Positions 53,037 to 62,429 of a stretch of DNA of 64,000 bases are shown one piece after another. A model generated the notes under the pieces. That model did no database searches, had not been told where the DNA came from, and saw only the letters and a list, made by a program, of their open reading frames with translations. The stretch lies in assembly GCA_029261595.1 (NCBI GenBank), contig JAJDAZ010000012.1, forward strand, positions 11,325 to 75,324, written 5' to 3'. The position numbers were made by a program, and so were the translations under genes. The DNA is from Nitrospinaceae bacterium (GTDB lineage: Bacteria > Nitrospinota > Nitrospinia > Nitrospinales > VA-1). Position 1 is the stretch's first letter. The number at the start of each line of letters is the position of its first letter.

Positions 53037-53780
53037 TTGATTGCCGAGATAAAAATTCATCCTCAACCCGAAGCGCTGGCCGAAGCCCTTGCCCTCGAAT
53101 TACAAAAGGCGTCAAAACAGGCTTGTGATACGGGGCGGACGTTCAACCTGGTTCTGGCGGGTGGGAGCACACCCCGTGCCGTGTATCAGGTTTTGGCCCG
53201 ACCGGCGTTTGAAAAATCCATCCCCTGGAAGTGCGTTCATTTTTTCTGGGGAGACGAACGGTGTGTGCCTCCCGACCATGCAGACAGCAATTATCACATG
53301 GCCCGGGAAACCTTATTAGACCCCCTCGCCATTTCCGCAGAAAATATTCACCGCATTCGCGGGGAAAACGATCCCCAAGTCGAGGCCGCCCGATACGCCG
53401 AAGAGATAAAAAATAATTTAAAACCGCAATCGTCCCAACTCCCTCGGTTTGACTGGATTTTATTGGGACTGGGAGCCGATGGCCACACCGCTTCCTTATT
53501 TCCCGGAGGCGAACCCATTGTAGAACCTTCGGGATGTTGCGCCGTTGCCATCCAACCGCAAAGCGGGCAAAAACGCATCACCCTCACCTCCAGAGTGTTG
53601 AATTCTGCAAAGCGCGTGTCCTTCATTGTCACCGGCAAGAGTAAGGCGCAAGTGGTCGCAGAAATTCTGAATGAATTACCAGAAAGCCAAAACTATCCCG
53701 CCGCCCACGTGCATCCAGAGCAGGGAACGCTCGAATGGTTTCTGGATGCAGATGCCGCTGAACAGCTGAAAAAAACTTAG
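53037..53780 (+). CDS. pgl: 6-phosphogluconolactonase
   Basis: LAGGSTP, WGDERCVP, SNY, LGLGADGHTASLFP. Confidence 0.95.
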   Translation: MIAEIKIHPQPEALAEALALELQKASKQACDTGRTFNLVLAGGSTPRAVYQVLARPAFEKSIPWKCVHFFWGDERCVPPDHADSNYHMARETLLDPLAISAENIHRIRGENDPQVEAARYAEEIKNNLKPQSSQLPRFDWILLGLGADGHTASLFPGGEPIVEPSGCCAVAIQPQSGQKRITLTSRVLNSAKRVSFIVTGKSKAQVVAEILNELPESQNYPAAHVHPEQGTLEWFLDADAAEQLKKT

Positions 53781-53784
53781 TGAA

Positions 53785-54705
53785 TCAGGAAACCATAACT
53801 TCAATCCGATGAATCCCGGAAGTGCCGGAAGGGAAGGGGTCGCGCAGATCGTCTTGTTGCAGGCCGCTGTATTGGTCCGCCGCGCGCACGGCGATGCGGG
53901 TGCGTCCGGGTTTGTGGAAGGTGCAGGGAAATTTCCAGAACACCCACGTATAGGGAGATAGCGGTTTTTCCAGGTCGGCCAAAGCCCAGGTTTTTTCTCC
54001 GTCGATGGAGACCTGCACGTATTGAATCCCCCGGTCGCCGGCAAAGGCGATTCCCCGAATAACGGTTTGCCGGGAGCGCAACACCTCGTTATTCTCCGGC
54101 AGGTCGATGCGTGAAATGATTTTCACCTTGGCCTGTTTGGACCATCCTTTTTTATGCCAGTAACCTTTTGGCCGGTGGTTGGCCACCTCGATTTCCTTGA
54201 TCCACTTCATCTGTTTGATGCCATAGAGTCCAGGGATCAACAGGCGCAGGGGATAGCCGTGATTGAGCGTCAGGGGTTGCCCGTTCATTTTAGTGGCGAG
54301 CAGGGCTCCGGGATGCCTGGCCTTTCTGAGCGGGATACTTTCGAAATAACCGTCTTCGGCTCTTATAATGAGCGTGTTGGAAAAAAAATGCGGATCGGCT
54401 TCGTCGATCAGGTCTTTCAAGGGGATTCCTTGCCATTCCGCGTTGCCGATGGCGCGTCCGCCTACAGGGTTGCCGATGCAGTTCAAGGTGATGATGCGTT
54501 TGACGGAAGGGCGGGCAAGAATCTGCCGGTAATTGAGCGTTAAGGGATGATCAACTTTTCCCTTGACCGTCAATTGCCAGCGGTCCGCTCCCTGTCGCAA
54601 GGACTTTGGCGGACCGGAGTAATCTTCGATGTAGAATTCTTCAACCGGAGTGATGGGCAGAGGGAGCCTGCGCGTCTTGAACACACGCGGAACCATATCC
54701 GCCAA
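53785..54705 (-). CDS. Sulfite oxidase-family molybdopterin oxidoreductase; 5' end uncertain
   Basis: TLNCIGN (Mo-ligating Cys), GNAEWQG, MNGQPL..NHGYPLRL..PGLYG.KQMKW, C-terminal Ig-like dimerisation domain. Confidence 0.85.
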   Translation of the reverse strand: MADMVPRVFKTRRLPLPITPVEEFYIEDYSGPPKSLRQGADRWQLTVKGKVDHPLTLNYRQILARPSVKRIITLNCIGNPVGGRAIGNAEWQGIPLKDLIDEADPHFFSNTLIIRAEDGYFESIPLRKARHPGALLATKMNGQPLTLNHGYPLRLLIPGLYGIKQMKWIKEIEVANHRPKGYWHKKGWSKQAKVKIISRIDLPENNEVLRSRQTVIRGIAFAGDRGIQYVQVSIDGEKTWALADLEKPLSPYTWVFWKFPCTFHKPGRTRIAVRAADQYSGLQQDDLRDPFPSGTSGIHRIEVMVS

Positions 54706-54809
54706 AACTTTGAAAGGGAGGGCCAGCAGAAATAGAAGGCCAAAAAACAGAAGACGTAAAACCGCGACCGGTTCATTTTCGCAGGCAGGAGAGGCTCACT
54801 GGGTTCCTG

Positions 54810-55793
54810 TTATCCGCAACAGGAATCAGAATCGGGCGACTCGGCGGGTGTTTCGGACTCATGGTCGGTCACGATGAAGTGCGCCGAGTAGGGCGACGTT
54901 TGCATGAGCTGGGCCAGGCTTTCGTCCACATCCACGGCAACGCCCACGGGGTAGGTGTTGCCATTGTGGGTGATGGCGTCGAACGGACCGGCATAGGTCG
55001 CGGTGAAATCACTGCAACAGGAAGCGGTTTCAGGCTCGGCGGATTTGCAGGCTTCCAGAGTGTAAGAATAAAATTTAACGTCTTCGACAATTTTCCAGAG
55101 ATAGTCTTTTTTGATCTGGAACCCGTGAAAGCCGTGGGGCCGGGCGGCTTCGAGGAATTCACTCAAGGTCAAAGCGCCGGAAATGCACTCGCCCCACAAT
55201 TCCTTGTGGTTGCGCATTTCTTCGGGGACTTCCTTTTCGGAAATAATATCGGCGATGACAAACCGGCCTCCCGGCTTCAGAATGCGGTTGATTTCCTCAA
55301 ACACTTCTTTTTTATTGGTGGACAGGTTGATCACGCAGTTGGAAGTCACCAGATCCACGGACTGGTCTTGTAGAGGAATGGCTTCCAGAAATCCCTTTTT
55401 AAATTCCACATTGTTGTAGCCAAGATTTTCAGCGACACGGAGGGCGTTTTTTTGCGCGACTTTCAGCATCTCATCGGTCATGTCGATGCCGAAAACGTTG
55501 CCGGAGGGGCCGACCAGTTTGGCCGCGATGAAACAGTCGATGCCGCCGCCGGAGCCGAGGTCCACAACCGTCTCGCCCTGCCGGATATTGGCGCGGTTCA
55601 CGGGACTGCCGCAACCGTAGGAAATTTCCCGGACTTCTTCGGGGATGTGCGAAAGGTCTTGAGGGTCGTATTGCGTGGGACAGCACAGACTCTCCTGGCT
55701 GGCGAGAGCCGCATTTGAATAAAAACTGCGGACATCTTCCCTTGAAACGTCTTTCTTGTCCTCTGCGTCACAACACGATCTACTTTCGTTCAT
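54810..55793 (-). CDS. ArsM-like (arsenite methyltransferase family) SAM-dependent methyltransferase
   Basis: LCCP, SYGCGSP, VDLGSGGGID, SNCVINL, LWGECISGAL; Cys-Cys pairs at both termini. Confidence 0.78.
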   Translation of the reverse strand: MNESRSCCDAEDKKDVSREDVRSFYSNAALASQESLCCPTQYDPQDLSHIPEEVREISYGCGSPVNRANIRQGETVVDLGSGGGIDCFIAAKLVGPSGNVFGIDMTDEMLKVAQKNALRVAENLGYNNVEFKKGFLEAIPLQDQSVDLVTSNCVINLSTNKKEVFEEINRILKPGGRFVIADIISEKEVPEEMRNHKELWGECISGALTLSEFLEAARPHGFHGFQIKKDYLWKIVEDVKFYSYTLEACKSAEPETASCCSDFTATYAGPFDAITHNGNTYPVGVAVDVDESLAQLMQTSPYSAHFIVTDHESETPAESPDSDSCCG

Positions 55794-55870
55794 TTGCCAG
55801 CCCTTTCAAAATTTATTCCCACGAGTGGGATTAATTCCCCGTGGCTCACCACGGCTTTTAAATGAAAACC

Positions 55871-56158
55871 TTATTTATTGGCCTCGATCATCTTCTTGAT
55901 TTTTTCTTTTGATTCCGGAGGCAGGGTTTTGTTTGTATTTACTGGGAAATCTTCCCGGCCCAGGTTTTTCGACAAGTTTCTAATGGTTTCCAATTGTTCC
56001 TTATAATACAGACAAACCTCGCACATGGCCAAATGGATTTTTATCTTCAACCGCTTGACGAAGGACACCCGGTGATCCATCATTTCCGAAATGAGGGGGG
56101 AGGTGTCCTGGCAACTTAATTTAAACAAATTGCACAATGAATTTTTCTTTTTTTCCAT
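55871..56158 (-). CDS. Zinc-finger (zf-HC2) anti-sigma factor
   Basis: SC...LIS..MD ... HLAMCEVC (HxxxCxxC); directly after the ECF sigma. Start set at ATG 56158. Confidence 0.85.
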   Translation of the reverse strand: MEKKKNSLCNLFKLSCQDTSPLISEMMDHRVSFVKRLKIKIHLAMCEVCLYYKEQLETIRNLSKNLGREDFPVNTNKTLPPESKEKIKKMIEANK

Positions 56159-56165
56159 AATTTCA

Positions 56166-56738
56166 CTATTCCTGCTTTTTTCCGTCAAACCAATGGATTT
56201 CCAGGCAATTTTTGAGTTGATTTCTTGCTCGATGCAATATGACCCATAAGTTAGTCGGCTTGATATCAAATTCCTTGCAGATTTGTTCTGTGCTCACCCC
56301 ATCGACCTCCTTGAGAACAAAGATCTGGCGAAATTTATCAGAAAGACCATCGAGGCAGAGCGCCAGTTTTTCGGTGAGTTCCTGGTTAACCGCCGATTTT
56401 TCAGGGTCCAGCCGCCAATTTTGAGGGATTTTTTTCCAATGTCCTGTTGAATCATAATCCGAGGAGTCGGGATCATCATCGGAAGACATGTCGAAAGACC
56501 GGTTTTTTTTGACTTCGCGGAAGTGGTCCAGAATTTTATGTTTGAGAATGCCAAACAGCCAGCTTTTTTCCGAGGATCGCCCCGCATAAGTATGGGTCGC
56601 TTGCAGGGCCGCCACAAAGGTGACCTGCACGATTTCTTCTGCGGCTCCCTGATCCTTGACGCGGACCAGTGTATAGCGATACATGAGATCCCCATAGAGA
56701 TCTACCCATTGATTGGTATCGATTTCCTGTTTATTCAT
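56166..56738 (-). CDS. ECF-type RNA polymerase sigma factor
   Basis: Region 2 (AEEIVQVTF, SWLFGILKHKILD) and region 4 (FVLKEVDG..TEQIC...NLWVILHRAR). Confidence 0.92.
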   Translation of the reverse strand: MNKQEIDTNQWVDLYGDLMYRYTLVRVKDQGAAEEIVQVTFVAALQATHTYAGRSSEKSWLFGILKHKILDHFREVKKNRSFDMSSDDDPDSSDYDSTGHWKKIPQNWRLDPEKSAVNQELTEKLALCLDGLSDKFRQIFVLKEVDGVSTEQICKEFDIKPTNLWVILHRARNQLKNCLEIHWFDGKKQE

Positions 56739-56813
56739 TCTTCTCGGGATGATTTAATAATATTGTTTTGATCTCACGCTTTGGGCTATGAATACATCAA
56801 TCCGTTGGAGGAG

Positions 56814-57773
56814 TCATCTTACCAGTTTTTCCTTGATTCCGATTTCATAAAATTGCTTTAGAAAGGATTTAACGATTCTGATGGGATTGAAGGAAATGTC
56901 TATAGGAAGTTGGGCCAGTTGGAAATCGGATACTTTGAGGGATTCCAGATCGCTTTCGCCCTGGAGTTCGATGGCGTTTAATTCGTAAGTTCCATATCCC
57001 TTTTGCCGGGCGGCTTCCAATGCATACACCTTTTCCGGCGGGACGCGCACGATTTCCGCGAGCACACGGTCCAGCGCCGTCATGTCCTGCCCGGAGGCCA
57101 GGATTCCCAGGGGATAAGGTGTGCCGTTGGCGGGGCCCTGCCCCTGCATGGCTTGAATGCCATCCACAATCGTCAAGCTGGGGTTGACGTGTCTGGCGAT
57201 GTCCACCAGCATCCTGCCGAATTTAATTTTATCGTTACCCACCAGACAATGCAGGACGGGTTTGCGTTTGCCGATGACCAGGCCAAAAAGATTTTTTATG
57301 GCCAGGGTCAGCGTCATCTGGCAATGGGATTTGAATTTTGGCAGATTGATGATGTGATCGTAGTCCATCAAGTTCCCGGCGATTTTGAGATGCAGGATAT
57401 TTTCTTCGGTCGCAAAATCCACGGGGTCGGAAAGAGGGACGAACTTCACGCCATATTTTTTAACCAGAGGGCCATATCCTGCTTTGTGGGCCACGGGGGC
57501 CAAACTGCCCAGAGCCGGGCTGTCGCTGATGTCAATGTGGCTTATCGAATGATCCTTTAGAACCCGGCAAACCGCTTCAAGAACGACAGGATGAGTGGTG
57601 ACGCATTGGTCGGGTTTGAAGGCCCGGAGCAGGTTCGGTTTGAGCAGAACTTTTTGTCCTGGCTGGAAAGACAAGTTCTCTGACGCAAACAAGGCAAAGC
57701 TTTCCTGGACGAAGCGTTCCACCGATTCAAGGTCGTAGGATGCTATTTTTTGCAGGAGAATCTTGGTTTTCAT
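56814..57773 (-). CDS. DUF362-family protein
   Basis: VLLKPNLL, TTHP, INLPKFKSH, KNLFG, IVDGI..MQGQGP. Start set at ATG 57773. Confidence 0.85.
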   Translation of the reverse strand: MKTKILLQKIASYDLESVERFVQESFALFASENLSFQPGQKVLLKPNLLRAFKPDQCVTTHPVVLEAVCRVLKDHSISHIDISDSPALGSLAPVAHKAGYGPLVKKYGVKFVPLSDPVDFATEENILHLKIAGNLMDYDHIINLPKFKSHCQMTLTLAIKNLFGLVIGKRKPVLHCLVGNDKIKFGRMLVDIARHVNPSLTIVDGIQAMQGQGPANGTPYPLGILASGQDMTALDRVLAEIVRVPPEKVYALEAARQKGYGTYELNAIELQGESDLESLKVSDFQLAQLPIDISFNPIRIVKSFLKQFYEIGIKEKLVR

Positions 57774-57831
57774 AGCGCTAATTATACTTGGATGGGCGGG
57801 AGAAACAACAATCTTTACAGAGAACGCGAGG

Positions 57832-60800
57832 CTATTGGTACAGCAGTTGGTAAACACCGTGGTTGCGTAAGACGTGTTTGACGTACCGTCTCGTTTCAGG
57901 ATAAGGAATGGATTCAATAAAAACATCGGGGTCGTCAATGGCACGGAATCGTATGAGCCATTTTTTAAGAACATGCGGTCCGGCGTTGTAGGAAATGAGC
58001 GTGTGAGTGCCATTATTCCCGAACCGTTCTTTCAATTGGCTGAGATATTTGATCCCAAGCTGGATGTTGAGATCGGGGTCGTAAAGCAATTCCTCATCGA
58101 AAGGTTTTTCGTAAGGGTCCAGGGCATACAGTCGCTTGCCGGTTTCCGGCATGATCTGCATCAGGCCTCGGGCGCCAGCGGATGATAAAGCCTCAGCTTC
58201 GAACAGGCTCTCCTGGCGGATCAGGCCTTTGACAAAATAGGGATCGACATTGTGTTTCTGAGAAATTTGCTGAATGGTGTCGGCGTGGGCCAGCGGAAAA
58301 AAATGTTTCCAGAATTGTTGCGACAGGTTTTTTTCGCCATTTTTGGTTTTATAATTTTTATATAAATGCAGAAGCCGAACAGATTGCGTGTAGGCGTTCG
58401 CCTGGCTGTACAGGTTGGACAGCCACATCACGCCCGTCAGGTCTTTACGCACAGATTTTTCCAGATGAAGAATTTCCCATTTTGCGTTTTCATGAAACCC
58501 CAACCCGATCATTTCCACCGCCCGCGAATGATGAAACTTTTCCGGAGGAATCAAGGCGCGGTTCAGCCGAAAGTCGGGGCTTTTTTCGGTTTCTTTAAAG
58601 GCGATCTTTTTGACCGTGTAGGGGGATTTCTTTTCGACCGGGATCGGAATTGAATAATTTCCCAACCGTTCCCCGGCTCTGATTCCGCTGAATGTGTAAG
58701 GATAGTTTCGGGCGATATCCATGTAAGTTTTTCGCGCCCCGTCTCCCTTGCCCATTTTTTCGAGGGATTTGGCCTGCCAGAATAAATTGTATTCAATATA
58801 ATCTCCTGCGGGATAATGCCGGGCGTTTTCTTTGAACTGGTCGTGGGCCTTCTGGTAATGCCCCCTGAGGTAATGAATCCATCCCATACGCCATGCGCCG
58901 GATTGGGCATAATCGGCGGTTCCGTATTTGCTCACCAGGCGGTTGTATTGTTTGAGGGCTTGCCCGTATTGTTTTTTACCTTCGTGAATTCGGCCAATGA
59001 TGAACTGGGATTTTATGGCAATATTGGAAACCTGGTTTTTACCCACGGCCTTTTTGAGATGATCGATGGCCTTCCGGTCTTGACCTATATTCCATAAGTG
59101 TCGCCCGATTTCATAATGCGCCTCACCCACCCTCCGGTGCCGGGGATATTTTTTTAAAAATGTTTTGAGCGTCTGGATGGCTTCGGGCCGTTTTCTCAAC
59201 CCCTTGTAGGCGCGGGCCAGATAGAAATAATATTTTTCCGCCATTTGAGAGGCGGGTTGCAGGGTTTCCTGGATTTCCGTGACGGCTTGCTCATAACGGA
59301 CCGCTTTCATTAGTTTTTTAATTCGGCGGGAACGTTCTTTGAGACTCAACGGCAGGGAATCGACGTTGGGCAAACTTTCCAGGCGTTTCATTTCCGGAAG
59401 CGCCTTTAAAGTGAGGGAATTGGAGGGATGATGGATATAAAGCTTCCGGTACTCAGCGTAGGCCTCCTTGTGGTTTCCCAATTCCAGGTAAAGTTGCCCC
59501 AGCCTGGAAATCATTTCAGGAAGGACCCCTTGAAATTCGCGCAAAGAAGAATTTTTAGAAATACGTTTCACTGCTTGTTGGAGAACGTTTACCGCCGCTG
59601 TATTTTTCTTCAGAAGGTTTAAGGTTTCCGCGTGCAGGAGTTGGGCCTGGGGATAGGTAACGGTCTGAGGAAATTTTTTCAGCAATTGTTTGATCTGCTC
59701 TAGAGCGGCTTCCATTTGACCGTTTCCGGCATACGCTTTCGCCAGGGAAAAGCGGACGTAATCTTCAATTTCCGGGTATTCTTTCAGGCTTTTGGAGAAT
59801 AGCTCAACGGCTTTTTCATGTTTGTTTTCTTTGAGGTGAATATAACCTAAAAGATAACGGGCTCGCCTGCTCTCTGCCGGATCGGCATTGGCGTTTGTGA
59901 CGGCGAGAAGGCGATTCCCGGCTTTGGAAAATTTCCCCTGATGAATAAGCCGAACGCCCTCCTGGAAAGACGATGTGTTGGCCGCCTGACTGAAAGGGGG
60001 GTGAGCGAGGCTTAAAACACAGGCCAGGACCCAGGCCGCGGCTTGCGGAAGGCAAGAGAGAATTTTATCCCGCAAGGTTTCGGGCGTGTCCACGTTCTCA
60101 GCTGTAACCGGGATGGTGTCGGGGACTTTTTTAAACCATGTGATTTGACGTTTGGCATAGTGCCGTGTGTCGCGCTTGATTTCATAGATCGCCCGATCCA
60201 GGGAAATATTTCCTTCCAGATGATCGACCATTTGAGAATACCCTATGCTTTGAAACGGTTTTAAATTTGTGTCATATCCCTGGGCCATCAGATGCTTCAC
60301 CTCATCGACCAGGCCCTTATCGATCATTGTGTCCACCCGTTTATTGATTTTGTCATATAGATCCTGACGGTCCCAGTGGATCAGGAAAGTTTTTATGGGA
60401 AATTCATGTGTGGCGGCGGACTCGTTCGCGTGGAACTCAGAGAACTTTCTGCCCGTTTGACGATAAACCCCAAGAGCCCGCTCGATGCGCACAGCATCTG
60501 TCGGGGTGATGGCGGACGCTGATTTTGGGTCTATCTGTTGCAGTTCCTGATGCATGCACTCTATGCCGTGTTGCCGGATTTCGGATTGAATTTTATTTTG
60601 AATTTCTTCGGAAATGGGCGCCGCGCAATCGTGGTCCTCGGTCAGCACTTTGATGTAGAGTCCGGTTCCGCCGACCATGATCGGGATTTTCCCTGCATTC
60701 ATAATTTTACGCACCTGTTCCAATGCGCGCAATTTAAAGTCAAACGCGTTGAAAGTTTCGTCCGGTTCTAGAATATCGATGAGGTGATGGGGAATGCGTT

Positions 60801-60963
60801 GCCGCACCTCAAGGGAGGGTTTGGCCGTCCCGATATCGAAATATTTATACACCTGCATCGAATCGGCGTTGATGATTTCGGTGTTGAGTTTTTCAGCCAA
60901 GGCCACCGCAGTATCGCTTTTTTTCGATGTCGTCGGACCCGTCAGTATGATTAAAGGAATCAT
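57832..60963 (-). CDS. miaA: tRNA dimethylallyltransferase MiaA fused in frame to a TPR-repeat soluble lytic transglycosylase
   Basis: Residues 1-~300: GPT.SKKS, DSMQVY, GTAKP, GGTGLY, YAKRQITWF. Then a hydrophobic linker, TPRs and an SLT domain (IRQES, GARGLMQIMP, YNAGP, ETRRYV). No stop between the parts. Confidence 0.88.
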   Translation of the reverse strand: MIPLIILTGPTTSKKSDTAVALAEKLNTEIINADSMQVYKYFDIGTAKPSLEVRQRIPHHLIDILEPDETFNAFDFKLRALEQVRKIMNAGKIPIMVGGTGLYIKVLTEDHDCAAPISEEIQNKIQSEIRQHGIECMHQELQQIDPKSASAITPTDAVRIERALGVYRQTGRKFSEFHANESAATHEFPIKTFLIHWDRQDLYDKINKRVDTMIDKGLVDEVKHLMAQGYDTNLKPFQSIGYSQMVDHLEGNISLDRAIYEIKRDTRHYAKRQITWFKKVPDTIPVTAENVDTPETLRDKILSCLPQAAAWVLACVLSLAHPPFSQAANTSSFQEGVRLIHQGKFSKAGNRLLAVTNANADPAESRRARYLLGYIHLKENKHEKAVELFSKSLKEYPEIEDYVRFSLAKAYAGNGQMEAALEQIKQLLKKFPQTVTYPQAQLLHAETLNLLKKNTAAVNVLQQAVKRISKNSSLREFQGVLPEMISRLGQLYLELGNHKEAYAEYRKLYIHHPSNSLTLKALPEMKRLESLPNVDSLPLSLKERSRRIKKLMKAVRYEQAVTEIQETLQPASQMAEKYYFYLARAYKGLRKRPEAIQTLKTFLKKYPRHRRVGEAHYEIGRHLWNIGQDRKAIDHLKKAVGKNQVSNIAIKSQFIIGRIHEGKKQYGQALKQYNRLVSKYGTADYAQSGAWRMGWIHYLRGHYQKAHDQFKENARHYPAGDYIEYNLFWQAKSLEKMGKGDGARKTYMDIARNYPYTFSGIRAGERLGNYSIPIPVEKKSPYTVKKIAFKETEKSPDFRLNRALIPPEKFHHSRAVEMIGLGFHENAKWEILHLEKSVRKDLTGVMWLSNLYSQANAYTQSVRLLHLYKNYKTKNGEKNLSQQFWKHFFPLAHADTIQQISQKHNVDPYFVKGLIRQESLFEAEALSSAGARGLMQIMPETGKRLYALDPYEKPFDEELLYDPDLNIQLGIKYLSQLKERFGNNGTHTLISYNAGPHVLKKWLIRFRAIDDPDVFIESIPYPETRRYVKHVLRNHGVYQLLYQ

Positions 60964-61636
60964 AAATGTGTTTCATTTCTTCCGTGTAGGAGTTTTCGTT
61001 TTCGTAAACGTAAAGCGGCGCTTCCACCACGCAGTCGGGCCGGGTGCCTTTGATTCCTTCTACCAGGAAAATTTTGGCGTCGGCGTCACGGCTTCCATGA
61101 ATAAAACGCAAGCGGGTGGGAACCAGCTCCCAGCGTTTCATTTCCGTCAGCGTCTCGTTCAACCTGAGAGGTGGATAAGCCAAAGCGATTTTTCCGCCCG
61201 GTTTTAACAGGGGGGCGCTGTGCTCCAGAATGGCGGCAAGGTTGAGTAAAATTTCGTGCCTGGCGATGGCCTTCTCCCCGTTCGGGTTCTTGCGTCCGGT
61301 GTCGACTTTCCGGTACGGTGGATTGGAAATGATAAGATCAAAAATTTCCTTCCCCAGAGTGGACGCGACCTGCGTAAAATCTCCATGAATCAACTCAATA
61401 CGATCGGTGAGTCCGTTTTGGTCTATATTTGCCACAGCTAGGTTGTAAAGAGATTCCTGCACCTCAACGCTGGTGATTTGTAAATCGGGTTGCCGCTTGG
61501 TCAAAAGCAGAGGAATGACCCCGCACCCCGTTCCCACATCCAGCACCGAGAACCCCGCCTGCAGGCGTATGAAGTCCGCCAGCAGAAAGGGCTCGATGGA
61601 ATACCGGTAACCTTGGATATTTTGTTCGATAATCAT
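60893..61636 (-). CDS. tRNA1(Val) A37-N6 methyltransferase-like protein
   Basis: Q...GYRYSIE, LDVGTGCG, ISNPPY, IARHE motifs; overlaps the miaA start by 71 nt. Confidence 0.82.
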   Translation of the reverse strand: MIIEQNIQGYRYSIEPFLLADFIRLQAGFSVLDVGTGCGVIPLLLTKRQPDLQITSVEVQESLYNLAVANIDQNGLTDRIELIHGDFTQVASTLGKEIFDLIISNPPYRKVDTGRKNPNGEKAIARHEILLNLAAILEHSAPLLKPGGKIALAYPPLRLNETLTEMKRWELVPTRLRFIHGSRDADAKIFLVEGIKGTRPDCVVEAPLYVYENENSYTEEMKHIYDSFNHTDGSDDIEKKRYCGGLG

Positions 61637-62038
61637 ATGGAAAATAGCAAGTAATATCTATATATCTCATTGTAATTTAGCATTTTAACTAAATTCAGCT
61701 GAATAGGCAATGGCGTCTTTCTCAACCCGGAATTCTTAAGAGGATTGACATCATGGGAGAGGGGCATTGAGCGAATGCGAAAAACCTTAAATTTTTGTAA
61801 AACCGGGTATTTCATTTGGGGAAACGTTTCTGGTTTTATCGAAAACCCTTGTATTTCCATTCTTAAAGCTTTTCTTGGCGCTTTCCCACGGACTCGAGCC
61901 ATAAATCCAGCCAGGAAGATTCGTGATTGCATACACACAACTATTTGTTATATAATAACTTATGCGGAATATATCCGGGTTTTCGCTCGAGATTTTAGCA
62001 TTGAAAAACGGTTATTATTTTATTGTAGAGGCATCCAT

Positions 62039-62290
62039 ATGGATTTATTTTCTTCCGAACAGATTTTGGGAATTTTTCTGTTTATGACGGGGGCGGGCGT
62101 CCTGAGTTGGTGCAGTCATTGGGAACGCAGGCAGGAGGAATGGCAGAAGGACCCCAAAAATAAATATAGAAGAGTCAAAAGAAAAACCGATTTTGCTCTC
62201 CCCACAACTTTTCGCGGAACTATGATGACGATCTCTGGGAGCCTCCTGTCCTTTGTAGGGATCACGATGTTCTTTCTGCGCATTTTTTAA
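62039..62290 (+). CDS. Small two-TM membrane protein
   Basis: ATG 62039 after GAGG; 83 aa with two hydrophobic helices around a basic loop. The longer ORF-track start is doubtful. Confidence 0.55.
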   Translation: MDLFSSEQILGIFLFMTGAGVLSWCSHWERRQEEWQKDPKNKYRRVKRKTDFALPTTFRGTMMTISGSLLSFVGITMFFLRIF

Positions 62291-62429
62291 TCTGCCACTG
62301 CGTGGGACGGAGAATATCAGGATGAAAATTCTGCCCACTACAGGATTTAGTCAGCCGTGAACCCATCGCGCGTGAATATTCGACCCTGCCCTCAGGCGGG
62401 CTCAGGCGGGCGGTACGCGGGCCGCAAAA

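Noticed and set aside
48754-55793. Selenocysteine read-through in the AhpD, DUF3179 or ArsM-like genes
   Set aside because: The relevant positions are Cys codons and the ORFs are full length with no in-frame TGA at motif sites.
61745-62038. N-terminal extension of the 181 aa ORF and the overlapping 101 aa minus-strand ORF
   Set aside because: AT-rich divergent promoter region without coding character; a better RBS and ATG lie at 62039.
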